Source: Desulfosudis oleivorans (GTDB lineage Bacteria > Desulfobacterota > Desulfobacteria > Desulfobacterales > SURF-7). From it: a stretch of 64,000 nt of DNA. Made by a program: the position numbers and the translations under genes. Under the pieces are notes generated by a model. It worked only from the letters and a program-made list of their open reading frames with translations. It did no database searches and was not told the DNA's origin. This document shows, piece by piece, positions 46,711 through 57,004 of this stretch (its first letter is position 1; each line of letters starts with the position of its first letter). The stretch covers positions 136,261 to 200,260 of the forward strand of contig DYJC01000004.1 in NCBI GenBank assembly GCA_020723305.1, given 5' to 3'.

Positions 46711-46977
46711 AGTCACCTCTTTGCTGTTAAAATTAAGGTTTTGGGTGAAGGGAAGGTCACCCTTTGAAGGAACTGTTTCGTTGCCGATCAGCTCCTGTAG
46801 GATATTTTCAGAAATGCCGTACTCCCGGCAGAAAATCCGGAACACGTTTTTATCGATCAGGTATTTCTTTCCAACCGTCGCCGTCGCTTTCAGCTTGCCG
46901 GAGTTGATCCAGTTCGTTACGGTGTTGCGGTGTACACCGAGTTTCCGGGCAAGTTGACCAACATGGATTGCGATCAT
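46711..46977 (-). other. In-frame HTH (excisionase/MerR-like, HTH_17-type) coding segment continuous with hdrA
   Basis: ATG 46977 has a GGAGG RBS 5 nt upstream. It encodes [46 protein letters not shown]... with no stop codon before the hdrA ATG at 46710. Confidence 0.5.
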
Positions 46978-46988
46978 GCAAACCTCCG

Positions 46989-47486
46989 TCAGATTGGTGT
47001 TAAGCCGATTTCCTCCATGATCCGTGCGCACATGCGCGGAACAGCCGTTTGAACCGGCTCTGAAAGTCCGACCGTAACCTCGTCGGGCAGGGTTGTCACC
47101 TGGACAACAAATACTTTCAAATCAATGGGGCTTTCTTCCTTTAATTCTTTTAACATGTTCGTGGTGGGGAACTGATGCAAAGAGAAATCGCAGATTTTTT
47201 CAGGCTGGATCTGTTCGATGTTAATTTCCCTGATTTCTCCGGGTGTGAACTCCGAACTGCTGGTAGCATCAATGATGATTATCTTACCGGGTTTTCGAGG
47301 TGACAACAGAATATCGAAAAGAAGATCCCGGATGGAAGTTCCGCAGTCGATTGTTGCTATGGTATCCGGCAGTTGATGATGTTCTTCCAGATATTGAATA
47401 ACCGCCGGACCAAAGCCGTCATCCCCGATCAGGGGATTTCCACAGCCAAGCACCAGACAATCATATTCAAATATCGGCTTTAGCAT
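46989..47486 (-). CDS. Hydrogenase maturation endopeptidase
   Basis: 165 aa. The N-terminus [16 protein letters not shown] is typical of the HycI/HybD/FrhD family. It is the first gene of the operon. Confidence 0.85.
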   Translation of the reverse strand: MLKPIFEYDCLVLGCGNPLIGDDGFGPAVIQYLEEHHQLPDTIATIDCGTSIRDLLFDILLSPRKPGKIIIIDATSSSEFTPGEIREINIEQIQPEKICDFSLHQFPTTNMLKELKEESPIDLKVFVVQVTTLPDEVTVGLSEPVQTAVPRMCARIMEEIGLTPI

Positions 47487-47494
47487 ATTGTGCT

Positions 47495-47523
47495 ATTTAT
47501 GCGAAGTCAACATGGCCTGTCAA
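47495..47523 (-). promoter_or_regulatory. Sigma70-type promoter candidate for the hydrogenase/hdr operon (near-leaderless geometry)
   Basis: On the minus strand: TTGACA (47523-47518), a 17-nt spacer, ATAAAT (47500-47495), then only 8 nt (agcacaat) before ATG 47486, with no SD sequence. Confidence 0.35.
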
Positions 47524-47559
47524 GAAAAAATATGCAATTTGTGCAATTTTTTATTATAT

Positions 47560-47702
47560 GCGCCTGTTTCAAAAGTCTTTTGTTGTCATTCCGGCGAAAG
47601 CCGGACACACAGTGAAGCCTTGCGCTATCCAGTATTTTCAATTCTTTTCTGGACACCGGCCTTCGCCGGTGTGACGGTTTTTCATCGTTTTGAAATTAGC
47701 TC
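47560..47702 (+). mobile_element. MITE-like repeat, copy B (long 143-bp form)
   Basis: Collinear with copy A. The left terminus is degenerate (GCGCCTGTTTCAAAAG); the right terminus is CGTTTTGAAATTAGCTC. It is flanked by ATAT on both sides. Confidence 0.8.
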
Positions 47703-47841
47703 ATATGACCACCTTCATATGTGTCCGTCAACATTCGAAAATTATCTATCGTTTTAAATATAAAAACCCCCTCCCTGCCAGTTAAAATACCATGAAATTC
47801 ATTCTTGACATATTCGTTTTTCATGGTATACATCTTGTCCC

Positions 47842-48990
47842 ATGATCCCACGAACATCCATACTCGCTACTCTGAAAAACGCGCTGGCCCGCAGTCGCAT
47901 AGTGGTTCTTGCAGGGCCTCGGCAATGCGGGAAAACAACGCTGGCCCGTGAACTGCTTGACGAAGAATCAGTCAACTACTTTGACCTCGAAGACCCATCA
48001 AGCCTGGCCCGTCTGGATGAACCCTTGACCGCGCTCGGGCCGCTCAAGGGGTTGGTGGTGATCGACGAGGTTCAACGACGCCCGGACCTGTTTCCAGTGC
48101 TGCGGGTGCTGGCTGACCGAAGAGATACTCCGGCCCGGTTCCTTATTCTCGGCAGTGCTTCGGGAGATCTTTTACGGCAGACCTCGGAAAGCCTTGCCGG
48201 AAAAATGGAACGGGTCACCATCGGCGGCTTTTCACTGGGAGAAGTTGGGATTCAAGAGGAAGATCGGTTGTGGCTTCGGGGCGGATTTCCTCTTTCTTAC
48301 CTGGCCCAAAGCAATATCGACAGCCTTGCGTGGCGTAAAAGCTTTATTCAAACTTTGCTTGAACGTGATTTTCCTCAATGGGGTGTGCGTGTTCCGGCAA
48401 TAACCCTTCAGCGATTCTGGGCCATGACAGCTCATTACAATGGACTTATCTGGAATTCGGCTGAGCCAGCCCGGGCTCTTGATGTAAGCGAGCCAACCGT
48501 CCGGCGCCACTTGGACCTGCTGACAGACGCCCTTATGATTCGTCAATTACCGCCGTATCATGTAAATTTAAAAAAACGGCAAGTGAAATCGCCGAAAATT
48601 TACATCCGGGACACCGGACTTCTACACCAGCTGCTCGGCATCGATTCCATGAAGGTACTGCTCACCCACCCAAAGCTGGGTGCATCGTGGGAGGGATTTG
48701 TCATTGAGCAGGTGTTGCAGATCGAACCTCATGACGAAGCCTTTTTCTGGGCCACTCACCAGGGTGCCGAGATCGACCTGATACTACGGCGGGGAAATGA
48801 ATTATTCGGTGTCGAATGTAAACGAACCGATACACCCCGGCTGACACCATCGATCCGGAATGCGATTGAAGATCTGGGATTAAAGCATGTACTCATTCTC
48901 TACCCAGGTATACGGCGGTTCCCATTATCGGATCAGGTGGAAGCTGTTCCCGCAGATACCATCGTCAAAGGCATATCGTTGTTTGAATAG
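47842..48990 (+). CDS. AAA ATPase with DUF4143-type C-terminal domain (second, divergent paralogue)
   Basis: 382 aa. Walker A GPRQCGKTTL and Walker B VVIDEVQ. Confidence 0.85.
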   Translation: MIPRTSILATLKNALARSRIVVLAGPRQCGKTTLARELLDEESVNYFDLEDPSSLARLDEPLTALGPLKGLVVIDEVQRRPDLFPVLRVLADRRDTPARFLILGSASGDLLRQTSESLAGKMERVTIGGFSLGEVGIQEEDRLWLRGGFPLSYLAQSNIDSLAWRKSFIQTLLERDFPQWGVRVPAITLQRFWAMTAHYNGLIWNSAEPARALDVSEPTVRRHLDLLTDALMIRQLPPYHVNLKKRQVKSPKIYIRDTGLLHQLLGIDSMKVLLTHPKLGASWEGFVIEQVLQIEPHDEAFFWATHQGAEIDLILRRGNELFGVECKRTDTPRLTPSIRNAIEDLGLKHVLILYPGIRRFPLSDQVEAVPADTIVKGISLFE

Positions 48991-48997
48991 CCGTTCC

Positions 48998-49717
48998 TTA
49001 CAGACTTTTTTCAATCTCCATCGCGATCTTCCGGGCCGCTTCCACCGGATTAACGGCATCCCGTATGGGACGTCCGATCACCAAGTAGTCAGACCCGTTT
49101 TGTATGGCACGAGCCGGTGTCATAACCCTTTCCTGATCATCCTTTCCGGAAGCTTCCCATGAAGGCCGGATGCCTGGCGTGATCGCAAAAAACCCATCAC
49201 CAAGTGTTTTTTTCACCTGCATCGCCTCATGACCGGAGCAGACAATTCCGGCACAGCCGGCTTCTTTGGCCATGGTTGCCCGCTGGATAACCAGTTTCTG
49301 AATATCTTCCGCGTATTGTTTCTGAAATCCAGCCATCCGGATATCTTCGGAATTAACACTGGTCAATACGGTCACTCCAAGGACACCTGTTTTTCCCTGA
49401 CTCCCTTGCACGGCCGCTTCCAGCATTTTTTTGGATTCGCCGCAATGAACCGTCGTAAAACAAACCCCCAGTTCGGAAATAACGCGCATTGCCCTTTGAA
49501 CCGTTGTGGGGATGTCATGCAGCTTCAGATCCAGAAAAATCTTGGTGTTGCCTTTTTCATGAATCATCTCAATTATCCGGGGCCCTGCATGAATAAAAAG
49601 TTCAAGCCCCACCTTGAACATGCCGACATGCCCTGAGAGAATCTCAATAAAAGGTTTGGCCGCTTCCATAGAAGGGACATCCAGGGGGAAAACAATATAC
49701 TCTTTTGCCTGTTTCAT
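48998..49717 (-). CDS. pyrF: Orotidine-5'-phosphate decarboxylase
   Basis: 239 aa from ATG 49717 (MKQAKEYIVFPLDV). Signature FLDLKLHDIPTTV. The 63-aa upstream extension in the track is unlikely to be real. Confidence 0.88.
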   Translation of the reverse strand: MKQAKEYIVFPLDVPSMEAAKPFIEILSGHVGMFKVGLELFIHAGPRIIEMIHEKGNTKIFLDLKLHDIPTTVQRAMRVISELGVCFTTVHCGESKKMLEAAVQGSQGKTGVLGVTVLTSVNSEDIRMAGFQKQYAEDIQKLVIQRATMAKEAGCAGIVCSGHEAMQVKKTLGDGFFAITPGIRPSWEASGKDDQERVMTPARAIQNGSDYLVIGRPIRDAVNPVEAARKIAMEIEKSL

Positions 49718-50102
49718 AACCTGTTTCCAAAATTCCGCATCAAGTTGTTTTATATGCAGTCTGATACTGCGGGCTATCCATGTCCCAGAAAAACTTTTTA
49801 AAACAGATGTAATGATATTCTTCCAAAAAAACAACCCCCATCCGGTGTATCGGGAATCCTGAATCTTTACAGACGCAATTGATAAAATTTGTTGATGCCA
49901 AACCATTAAAAATATGTTATATACAATTATAATCTCACAAACCGGGTTCTCGTTTGCGTAATAACCGGTAATAAAATCCTGAGTTCACCCGGACTTTAAC
50001 ATAAACAAATCAATTCCATCCAAAATTAACTTCACTGACGACAAAGGAGCTGAAAGACCTTTTATCAGTCAAGTTCTTTCACCAAACCAAATAGGTACAA
50101 AT

Positions 50103-51308
50103 ATGAGCATTCTGATTGCAGAAGATGAATCAATATCAAGAATTCTTTTAAAAAAAATGTTGGAAAAATTCGGCCATACGGTAATTATAGCAACAGATGG
50201 ACTAATGGCATGGGAATTGTTTCAGAAACACCAGCCTGCTGTTGTGATTACGGATTGGATGATGCCGGGAATGGACGGCATATCACTGTGCCAAAAAATA
50301 AGAAAAGAGGCTGTTTCAAGATATGTTTATATTATCATTGTTACAGCAAAAAATAATAAGACAGATGCAATAAAAGGACTTGAGGCAGGAGCGGATGATT
50401 ATATCGTCAAGCCGTTTTCCCCGGATGAAATACATGCAAGAATACGCTCGAGTGAAAGAATTATTCAACTTGAGAATAATTATAAAAAAGCCAGTTTGCA
50501 GCTCGTGCAGTCTGAAAAAATGGCTTCGGTTGGGCAGCTCGCCGCCGGGGTAGCGCATGAAATCAATAATCCTACAGGTTTTGTAAGCAGCAACTTAAAA
50601 ACGCTCTCGGACTATCAGGCGGATATCATTCAACTTATCCATATGTACAAACAGCTTTTGGAAAAAATTGAACTTTCTTATAAAAATCCTGAAAATAAAG
50701 ATGCTGTCCTGGAAGAGGTTGAAAAGATAAAAGCTTTTGAAAAAAATATTGATATTGCCTTTATTCAGGACGACTTTTCCAGTCTGATAAAAGATTGCCG
50801 TGATGGAATGGATAGAATCAAAAAGATCGTAATCGATCTGAAGGATTTTGCTCATCCGGGCAGTGATACGATGAAGATGGCGGATATTAATGCAGGCATT
50901 GAGTCCACGCTTAATGTGATTAATAATGAAATAAAATATAACGCCATTGTCAAAAAAGATTTTAGCGAACTTCCTTTGATAAACTGCTACCCACAGCAGC
51001 TGAATCAGGTTTTTATGAACATTATTGTAAATGCGGCTCATGCAATAACGGAAAAAGGGGAAATTACAGTTGCGACAAAATTAATCGATTCAAATGTTGT
51101 TGTTACCATACAGGATAATGGCTGTGGAATTAAAAAAGAAAATATCGGAAAAATTTTCGATCCTTTTTTTACAACCAAAGAGGTTGGAAAAGGCACAGGT
51201 CTTGGGCTGAATGTGGCATACAATATTATTAAAAAGCATAACGGAACAATAGAGGTTCAAAGCGAGGAAGGAATGGGCACAATGTTCACGATTACAATTC
51301 CGGCTTAA
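50103..51308 (+). CDS. Hybrid receiver-histidine kinase (REC-HisKA-HATPase_c)
   Basis: 401 aa. REC (ILIAEDE...[13 protein letters not shown]...TAK), H-box GVAHEINNP, and ATPase G-boxes (DNGCGI, GTGLGL). The gene is visibly more AT-rich than its neighbours. Confidence 0.88.
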   Translation: MSILIAEDESISRILLKKMLEKFGHTVIIATDGLMAWELFQKHQPAVVITDWMMPGMDGISLCQKIRKEAVSRYVYIIIVTAKNNKTDAIKGLEAGADDYIVKPFSPDEIHARIRSSERIIQLENNYKKASLQLVQSEKMASVGQLAAGVAHEINNPTGFVSSNLKTLSDYQADIIQLIHMYKQLLEKIELSYKNPENKDAVLEEVEKIKAFEKNIDIAFIQDDFSSLIKDCRDGMDRIKKIVIDLKDFAHPGSDTMKMADINAGIESTLNVINNEIKYNAIVKKDFSELPLINCYPQQLNQVFMNIIVNAAHAITEKGEITVATKLIDSNVVVTIQDNGCGIKKENIGKIFDPFFTTKEVGKGTGLGLNVAYNIIKKHNGTIEVQSEEGMGTMFTITIPA

Positions 51309-51321
51309 ACCAAAAACAATT

Positions 51322-51443
51322 GAGCCAATTTCAAAACGATTAAAAAGCATCACACCGGCGAAAGTCTGTGCCCAGAAAAGAGCCGAAAATACCGGATTCA
51401 AATTTTCGCCTGAACTGCAACAACAGACCTTTGAAATTGGCTC
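51322..51443 (-). mobile_element. MITE-like repeat, copy C (short 122-bp form, inverted relative to A and B)
   Basis: Perfect termini GAGCCAATTTCAAAA...TTTGAAATTGGCTC. Flanked by AATT on both sides. It lies between convergent kinase genes. Confidence 0.85.
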
Positions 51444-51481
51444 AATTATTCATCATTTGATTATGATAGATAAGTTATAAG

Positions 51482-53095
51482 TTATAAAGCGTTTGAAAGA
51501 ACCGGCAGATGAATGGTGAACACCGTGCCTTTTCCGGCCTTACTGCTGACATTGATGCGTCCATGATGGCTCTCGATGATCTTATAAGCGATGTTCAGGC
51601 CCAGGCCCGTTCCTTTCCCGATCTCCTTGGTCGTAAAAAACGGATCGAATATTCTGGAAATGTGTTGCTCCGGTATACCAGCGCCCGTATCAGCGATTTC
51701 CACCTGAATTTCCTTATCCAGAGCACGTGTGGTGATGCGGATTTCACCCCGTGTTTCAATGGCCTGGGCTGCGTTGACCAGAAGATTCATGAACACCTGA
51801 TTCAGTTGTTGCGGAAAGGCATCGATGAAAGGCAACTCACCGTAATCCTTGATCACCTCGGCTTTGTACTTGATCTCATTCCAGATCACGTTCAGGGTTG
51901 ATTCAATCCCTGCGTTGATGTCGCAGGCAACCTTGTTCACTTCCCCAGGGTGGGAAAAATCTTTCAGATCCATGACGATCTTCTTCACCCGATCCAGACC
52001 TTCCCGGCATTCCGACAAGAGATTCGTCATATCCTCCATCAGATAATCGATATCGATATTTTTTTCCAGTGCTTCAATTTCACGAAGCGACTCTTCTTGT
52101 TGTGATCCGCCTTGTCCAAATGCATTACAAAAAATTCGATACTGACCGATCATTGTTTTCAGATCCTGCGCATACTCCCCCATTGTTTTAATATTACTGC
52201 TGATAAATCCTATGGGATTATTGATTTCGTGCGCCACACCTGCGGCAAGCTGCCCGATGGAGGACATTTTGTCGGATTGCACAAGCATGGTTTGGGCCTG
52301 CTTGAGTGCTTCCATATTTTTTTTCTGCTGGGTGACATCATGAAAAGTCACCACCATTCCTCGGATCTGGCCATCATGACGAAACAGATTTGCGCTGATC
52401 AACACATCCAGCAGATCCCCATCTTTGGTATACCGCCTGGTTTCAAATCCAGTACAGCTCTCTCCTTCCAATACCTTGCGGACCTGGTCACCGGTAGCTT
52501 TCTTTTGATCCTCCGGAACAAAATCGATTCTTCTGCCCAGCAGTTCTTCTTTTTTCCAGCCGAAAACAATGCTGAAAGCCGGGTTGACGTATCCGACTTC
52601 ACCTTCCATATTGTATACGACAATGGGATCCGCGGCAGCATCCATGACCGCATGAATTTCCTCTTCTTTTTGAACTAGAATATTGGCTAGTTGATTATAC
52701 TCCGTCCAGCGATCGGTTTTCGGTTTCCGGGTGTTTCCCCACCATAGACCACAGGCAATTCTGGCCTGCAACTCCTGTGGATCGATCGGACAAACAATGA
52801 AATCATCCAATCCGCTCTGGACCAGTTCCAGTCCATCGGCAGTCCGATCGATGATGGCCAGCAAAACAATATACCGGACAGCGTTGAAAGCCCGGATATC
52901 AAGGCACATGCGCAGAATTTCCGGTAAAGGTTTGCCTCTCCCATCCAGGAGAATTACATCCGGCAGATCCTCATTCACGATCTGTAAGTTCATCTCCTCA
53001 TTATCGAGAAGCACCATCCTGAAGTCTTCCATATGAAGATGGCCATACAACTCCTGTTTCCGGTTTGAGATGATCGCTATTTTCGGTTTGTCCAT
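51482..53095 (-). CDS. Sensor histidine kinase (degenerate REC-like N-terminus, PAS, HisKA, HATPase_c)
   Basis: 537 aa. PAS region ([21 protein letters not shown]), H-box GVAHEINNP and G-boxes (DTGAGI, GTGLGL). The kinase core is clearly paralogous to 50103..51308. Confidence 0.88.
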   Translation of the reverse strand: MDKPKIAIISNRKQELYGHLHMEDFRMVLLDNEEMNLQIVNEDLPDVILLDGRGKPLPEILRMCLDIRAFNAVRYIVLLAIIDRTADGLELVQSGLDDFIVCPIDPQELQARIACGLWWGNTRKPKTDRWTEYNQLANILVQKEEEIHAVMDAAADPIVVYNMEGEVGYVNPAFSIVFGWKKEELLGRRIDFVPEDQKKATGDQVRKVLEGESCTGFETRRYTKDGDLLDVLISANLFRHDGQIRGMVVTFHDVTQQKKNMEALKQAQTMLVQSDKMSSIGQLAAGVAHEINNPIGFISSNIKTMGEYAQDLKTMIGQYRIFCNAFGQGGSQQEESLREIEALEKNIDIDYLMEDMTNLLSECREGLDRVKKIVMDLKDFSHPGEVNKVACDINAGIESTLNVIWNEIKYKAEVIKDYGELPFIDAFPQQLNQVFMNLLVNAAQAIETRGEIRITTRALDKEIQVEIADTGAGIPEQHISRIFDPFFTTKEIGKGTGLGLNIAYKIIESHHGRINVSSKAGKGTVFTIHLPVLSNAL

Positions 53096-53168
53096 AGGAT
53101 ACCTTTTTCAAAAGCAAATTAAGTGCTGTCGGGGATTTTCTATCTCTTACAGTCTTATGGTCTGATCT

Positions 53169-53600
53169 TCATTTATTTCTTTCCCTCATCCGAATCCCAT
53201 GGGTTTCCAACAGTTCGCTGTACTCTCCTCGCATAAAACGAAGCAGCTCGGTTCTGCCCGTAGCGGCCGGCACCCCTTTGTTCATAAGAAACTGTTGGAT
53301 TTTGCCGAATATTTCCCGGCGTTTCAGACCCTCTGGAGAAGAATCCCGGCGTTCTGAAAAAAAATCAAGCAAGGTAGAGCCGCAAACACAATTGCGAAAC
53401 AATTCCACGATGGTTTCTTCCTGATCGCCGATGGAACTTTTCAAGCCCGTGCTGCCGGGAACCGCCTGGGACTTGCGGATAAATTCCTCCGCTGAGTGGA
53501 ACAGGCATCCGCAATTGGGGCATTTTTTGGGAAATGCGCTTTCCGACAAGGCCTTCAAGCCTGAATAAAGACTGGTGAAATCATCATGTATATCCGCCAT
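53169..53600 (-). CDS. Hypothetical Cys-rich protein (possible zinc ribbon)
   Basis: 143 aa from ATG 53600 (MADIHDD...). Cys pairs CPNCGC and CVCG. The longer track start (53627) runs into MITE copy D. Confidence 0.5.
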   Translation of the reverse strand: MADIHDDFTSLYSGLKALSESAFPKKCPNCGCLFHSAEEFIRKSQAVPGSTGLKSSIGDQEETIVELFRNCVCGSTLLDFFSERRDSSPEGLKRREIFGKIQQFLMNKGVPAATGRTELLRFMRGEYSELLETHGIRMRERNK

Positions 53601-53614
53601 GAAAATTGTCCTGT

Positions 53615-53736
53615 GAGCCAATTTCAAAACTATTATAAAGCGTCACACCGGCGAAAGTCAGTGCATAAAAAAGAGCCGAAAGTACTAGATCTTAATTTTC
53701 GCCGGAACTACAACAACAGACTTTTGAAATTGGCTC
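53615..53736 (-). mobile_element. MITE-like repeat, copy D (short 122-bp form)
   Basis: Perfect termini GAGCCAATTTCAAAA...TTTTGAAATTGGCTC. It is flanked by the non-palindromic direct repeat CTGT (53611-53614 and 53737-53740). Confidence 0.85.
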
Positions 53737-53746
53737 CTGTGTATTT

Positions 53747-54622
53747 TTATTCTCTTCTCTCAAGGTCGGCTGACACTACTCCTTTTTTTTCCATTACCAT
53801 TACCATGCCTTTTCCACGGAATCGGCCGGAAAGCGGAATGAATCCGATCCGGAATCGACCACCTGCCAGATCACATTCATTCATATACAAAACAGCCTGA
53901 TGTGAAATAGCCGCCCGGATATTCTTTTCTACTGCTTCCGGAAAATAATCGGAAACCGATGTTCCCAAATCAATCTTTTGCCCGTCAAAAGACAATTCCT
54001 GTGCCATACGGTTGATCAGCACGATCATTCCTTCCAAGCTGACGCCGATGATGCTGACAGGTATATCTTCCAGAATGGCATGAGATAGCTCAAGCGCCTG
54101 ATTCTTGATTTCGATTTCGTTCGTCCGTTTGCGGACCATCTCCTCAAGGTTGTTGTTCATGCTGATCAGTTCTTCGTTCTGCCGGATTATTTTTTCTTGC
54201 AGTTGTTTGTTGGCTTGAGAAAGTTCATATTGATCCAAGGCCTGCCGGATTTCCAGCTTCAGGTTTTGATCATTCCAGGGTTTCAGGAAAAATTTGTAAA
54301 TATGCCCCTTATTGATGGCATCGGTGATGGCATCCACTTCCGTATATCCGGTCAGCGTAATCCGGATAATGTCCGGATATTTTTCCTTCACCACCTTAAA
54401 AAATTCCGTGCCGCTCATCTCCGGCATACGGTGATCGGAAATGACCAGATGTACATTGTTTTTTTCCAGCAAGGCCAACCCTTCCGCTCCGCTTCCGGCC
54501 GTCAGGATCTGATAATTTTCCTTGCGAAGTAAGCGTTTAAGCGCATTCAGGATATTCGCTTCATCATCGACGCATAAAATGCAGTGTTGTGCAACGCTCG
54601 TCTGTTGAGCATTATTTGTCAT
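53747..54622 (-). CDS. Response regulator (REC, coiled coil, PAS-like C-terminal domain)
   Basis: 291 aa. REC motifs (ILCVDDE...LVISDHRMPEMSG...LKPW). Confidence 0.8.
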   Translation of the reverse strand: MTNNAQQTSVAQHCILCVDDEANILNALKRLLRKENYQILTAGSGAEGLALLEKNNVHLVISDHRMPEMSGTEFFKVVKEKYPDIIRITLTGYTEVDAITDAINKGHIYKFFLKPWNDQNLKLEIRQALDQYELSQANKQLQEKIIRQNEELISMNNNLEEMVRKRTNEIEIKNQALELSHAILEDIPVSIIGVSLEGMIVLINRMAQELSFDGQKIDLGTSVSDYFPEAVEKNIRAAISHQAVLYMNECDLAGGRFRIGFIPLSGRFRGKGMVMVMEKKGVVSADLERRE

Positions 54623-54678
54623 CTTCCCTCCATTGACAACTTCAAGACCGGTTATAGACTATTCAGAACCTCTTTTCC

Positions 54679-55599
54679 CTATAAATCTTCTTCCCCTGTT
54701 TCTTTTCCCTCATCCTTTTGCTTTGAGCTTTGAACTCCACTGATACTGCTTTCTTCCCCCATGAAAAAACGGCAGGCAGAGGTGATTTCTTCCGCCAGGC
54801 CGGGAAGCCAGTCCTGCATGGATCGAATGGCGGTTTTCATCTTCACGGCAGCTGACTGATCCAGTTCGGAAATATATTTTCGATCCTTGATTTCAGCCAG
54901 AAAAGCATTCGAGAGAATATCGGCTGTATGAACGACCATCAGCATATCCTGATCGGAAGATGCGTTGCTGCATTGATGATGAAATTTGATCGTATCGATC
55001 AAAGCCCGTGGAAGTTGCCATCTTTCGGCCAGATAACCTCCGATACGAGCATGATTCAAAACATCCGCTTCCTTTTCAGCCGCCATAAAGGAAATGTTTT
55101 GTTGGCTCATCAAACCCATGATATCCTGAAACTGTTCCTTGAAATGCTGATAAAGCACAATTTTACCGATATCGTGCAACAATCCGCTTAGAAAACACGT
55201 TTCCGGATTGCCGATATGGATCAATTCGGATAATTTTTTGGCTGTCAAAGCAGTTGCAATCGAATGTTTCCAATAGCCTTTCACATCAAAGTCGCCGGTT
55301 TTACCGGCAAAGGCTTCGATTACGGAAACGGATACCACCACGTTCCGCACGGAATTGAATCCCAGCATGGCAATGGCTTCCGACAAGGTGTTCACCCGTG
55401 ATCGCAAACCGAAAAAAGCCGAATTCACAAGCTTCAGCAGGCGGGAAACAATGGCCTGATCCTTTTCAATCGTTTCGCATAAACGTTCGATCGTGATTTC
55501 TTCCTCCTGAAGCATCCGGTTCACCTTCATGGCGATTTCCGGTAATGTTGGCAGATCTCGGATACGTTCCAGTTTTTTATATGCAGCGCTTTTATCCAT
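54679..55599 (-). CDS. HDOD domain protein
   Basis: 306 aa. LPTLPEIAMKVNRML...GLLHDIGKIVL pattern. Confidence 0.85.
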   Translation of the reverse strand: MDKSAAYKKLERIRDLPTLPEIAMKVNRMLQEEEITIERLCETIEKDQAIVSRLLKLVNSAFFGLRSRVNTLSEAIAMLGFNSVRNVVVSVSVIEAFAGKTGDFDVKGYWKHSIATALTAKKLSELIHIGNPETCFLSGLLHDIGKIVLYQHFKEQFQDIMGLMSQQNISFMAAEKEADVLNHARIGGYLAERWQLPRALIDTIKFHHQCSNASSDQDMLMVVHTADILSNAFLAEIKDRKYISELDQSAAVKMKTAIRSMQDWLPGLAEEITSACRFFMGEESSISGVQSSKQKDEGKETGEEDL

Positions 55600-55602
55600 C
55601 CA

Positions 55603-56976
55603 TCACTCCTTGGATTTTGAAACAACAATTTCCAGATTCTCTTCGATCAACTCAGCACGGAAAAGCCTCCTGATCGTCCCAATCAGATATGTGTCGAGGA
55701 CAATATCCTTGGAAAGCAGTAATTTCCCATCCATTGTGCGCAGATCCTTGGCCAGTTTCATGCCGCCTTCCAGATAGCGCACCCGGACCTGCTGGGTGCT
55801 TCTGTTTTCCCTTTGCCGCCGGTCCTCTCCGGTATATTTAATCAGTTTCATGATGACTTCCGGATCATACTTATTATTTTCCCCCAACATGAGTGATCTC
55901 TCACCGATCTCATGCAGCATGGCGGCAGAGGTAAGATCCTCAAGGTTCTTTATTATCTCGGAACCAAAAGCGATCTTGGCCTTTTTGATCATTTTGTTCT
56001 TGTCTTCCGGCCAGAGATTGACAATTTTGGCGTATTCCCCTGCAGCGGCGATAATCCGGGAGCCCAGTGGTATGGCTTCGGCTTTCAGACTGTTGGGCGT
56101 TCCGCTCCCGTCAAAGTGCTCGTGATGGTGAAGAACGATTTCCGTAACCGGTTTCAGCTTTTCCACGTTCTGGATTAAAAACAACGAAATGGTAACATGC
56201 TCCCGGAAAAATTTCGCTTCACCCTGGGTCATCTCGGACTCGTCTTTGATCATCAACTCAGCCGGTAATCCAAGTAAACCGATATCGTGTAAAAGACCTG
56301 CGATCTCGATATGCTCCAAAGCCTCATCCTGAACATTGTAATCCTTGGCCACCCGTTTAGCCAGGCTTGCCGTTTGCTTGGCATAGCTCCCCAGACTTGG
56401 ATTGATCGCATCCACAAAAGTGATCAACAGGTTAATGGTGCTGATAAAACTTTTATTCAGGGCCTTGTTCTTTTTCTCCAGTTCGAGGGTCTTGGCTTCA
56501 ATGATGCTTTTCTGTTTCATCCCCAGCTCGTACAGTTGCTTGTTCTGATTCTGCACCAGAGCATTCAGACGCCGATTCTCCAGAACGAGTTCATACTGTT
56601 CAAGAGCCTGCTCCACTTGAACCAGCAGTTGCTCATCATTCCAGGGTTTGGTAAAATACCGATGAATTTCACCTTTATTGACCGCATCGACGATGGCAGA
56701 CACATCGGAATAACCGGTCAATAGAATACGGATGATCTCCGGCCGGATGCGTTTGGCTTGTTCCAGAAATTCCGAGCCGCTCATTCCCGGCATGCGCTGA
56801 TCGGAAATGATCAGGGAGATCGATTCCTTGTTGCTTTCCAGACAGACCAGGCCATCCGCACCATTCAAGGCCGTATGGATCTGATAGCCTTTGTTCCGAA
56901 ACACCCGTTTCAGGGCATTGGCGATATTGGCTTCATCGTCCACGATCAGAATTTGGTGCTGATAGGATGGTTTCAT
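55603..56976 (-). CDS. Response regulator with HD-GYP-type phosphodiesterase domain (variant motif)
   Basis: 457 aa. REC (ILIVDDE...SDQRMPGMSG...TKPW), LLHDIGLLG, and HHHEHFDGSGTPN, in which GYP reads GTP. Confidence 0.85.
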   Translation of the reverse strand: MKPSYQHQILIVDDEANIANALKRVFRNKGYQIHTALNGADGLVCLESNKESISLIISDQRMPGMSGSEFLEQAKRIRPEIIRILLTGYSDVSAIVDAVNKGEIHRYFTKPWNDEQLLVQVEQALEQYELVLENRRLNALVQNQNKQLYELGMKQKSIIEAKTLELEKKNKALNKSFISTINLLITFVDAINPSLGSYAKQTASLAKRVAKDYNVQDEALEHIEIAGLLHDIGLLGLPAELMIKDESEMTQGEAKFFREHVTISLFLIQNVEKLKPVTEIVLHHHEHFDGSGTPNSLKAEAIPLGSRIIAAAGEYAKIVNLWPEDKNKMIKKAKIAFGSEIIKNLEDLTSAAMLHEIGERSLMLGENNKYDPEVIMKLIKYTGEDRRQRENRSTQQVRVRYLEGGMKLAKDLRTMDGKLLLSKDIVLDTYLIGTIRRLFRAELIEENLEIVVSKSKE

Positions 56977-57004
56977 TTTCCTGCCTTTTATAATTGATAC
57001 TCTT

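Noticed and set aside
47488-47757. 89-aa ORF (and the similar 103-aa ORF at 51090..51401)
   Set aside because: Both read straight through MITE copies, and the shared peptide segments derive from the repeat itself. They are not genes.
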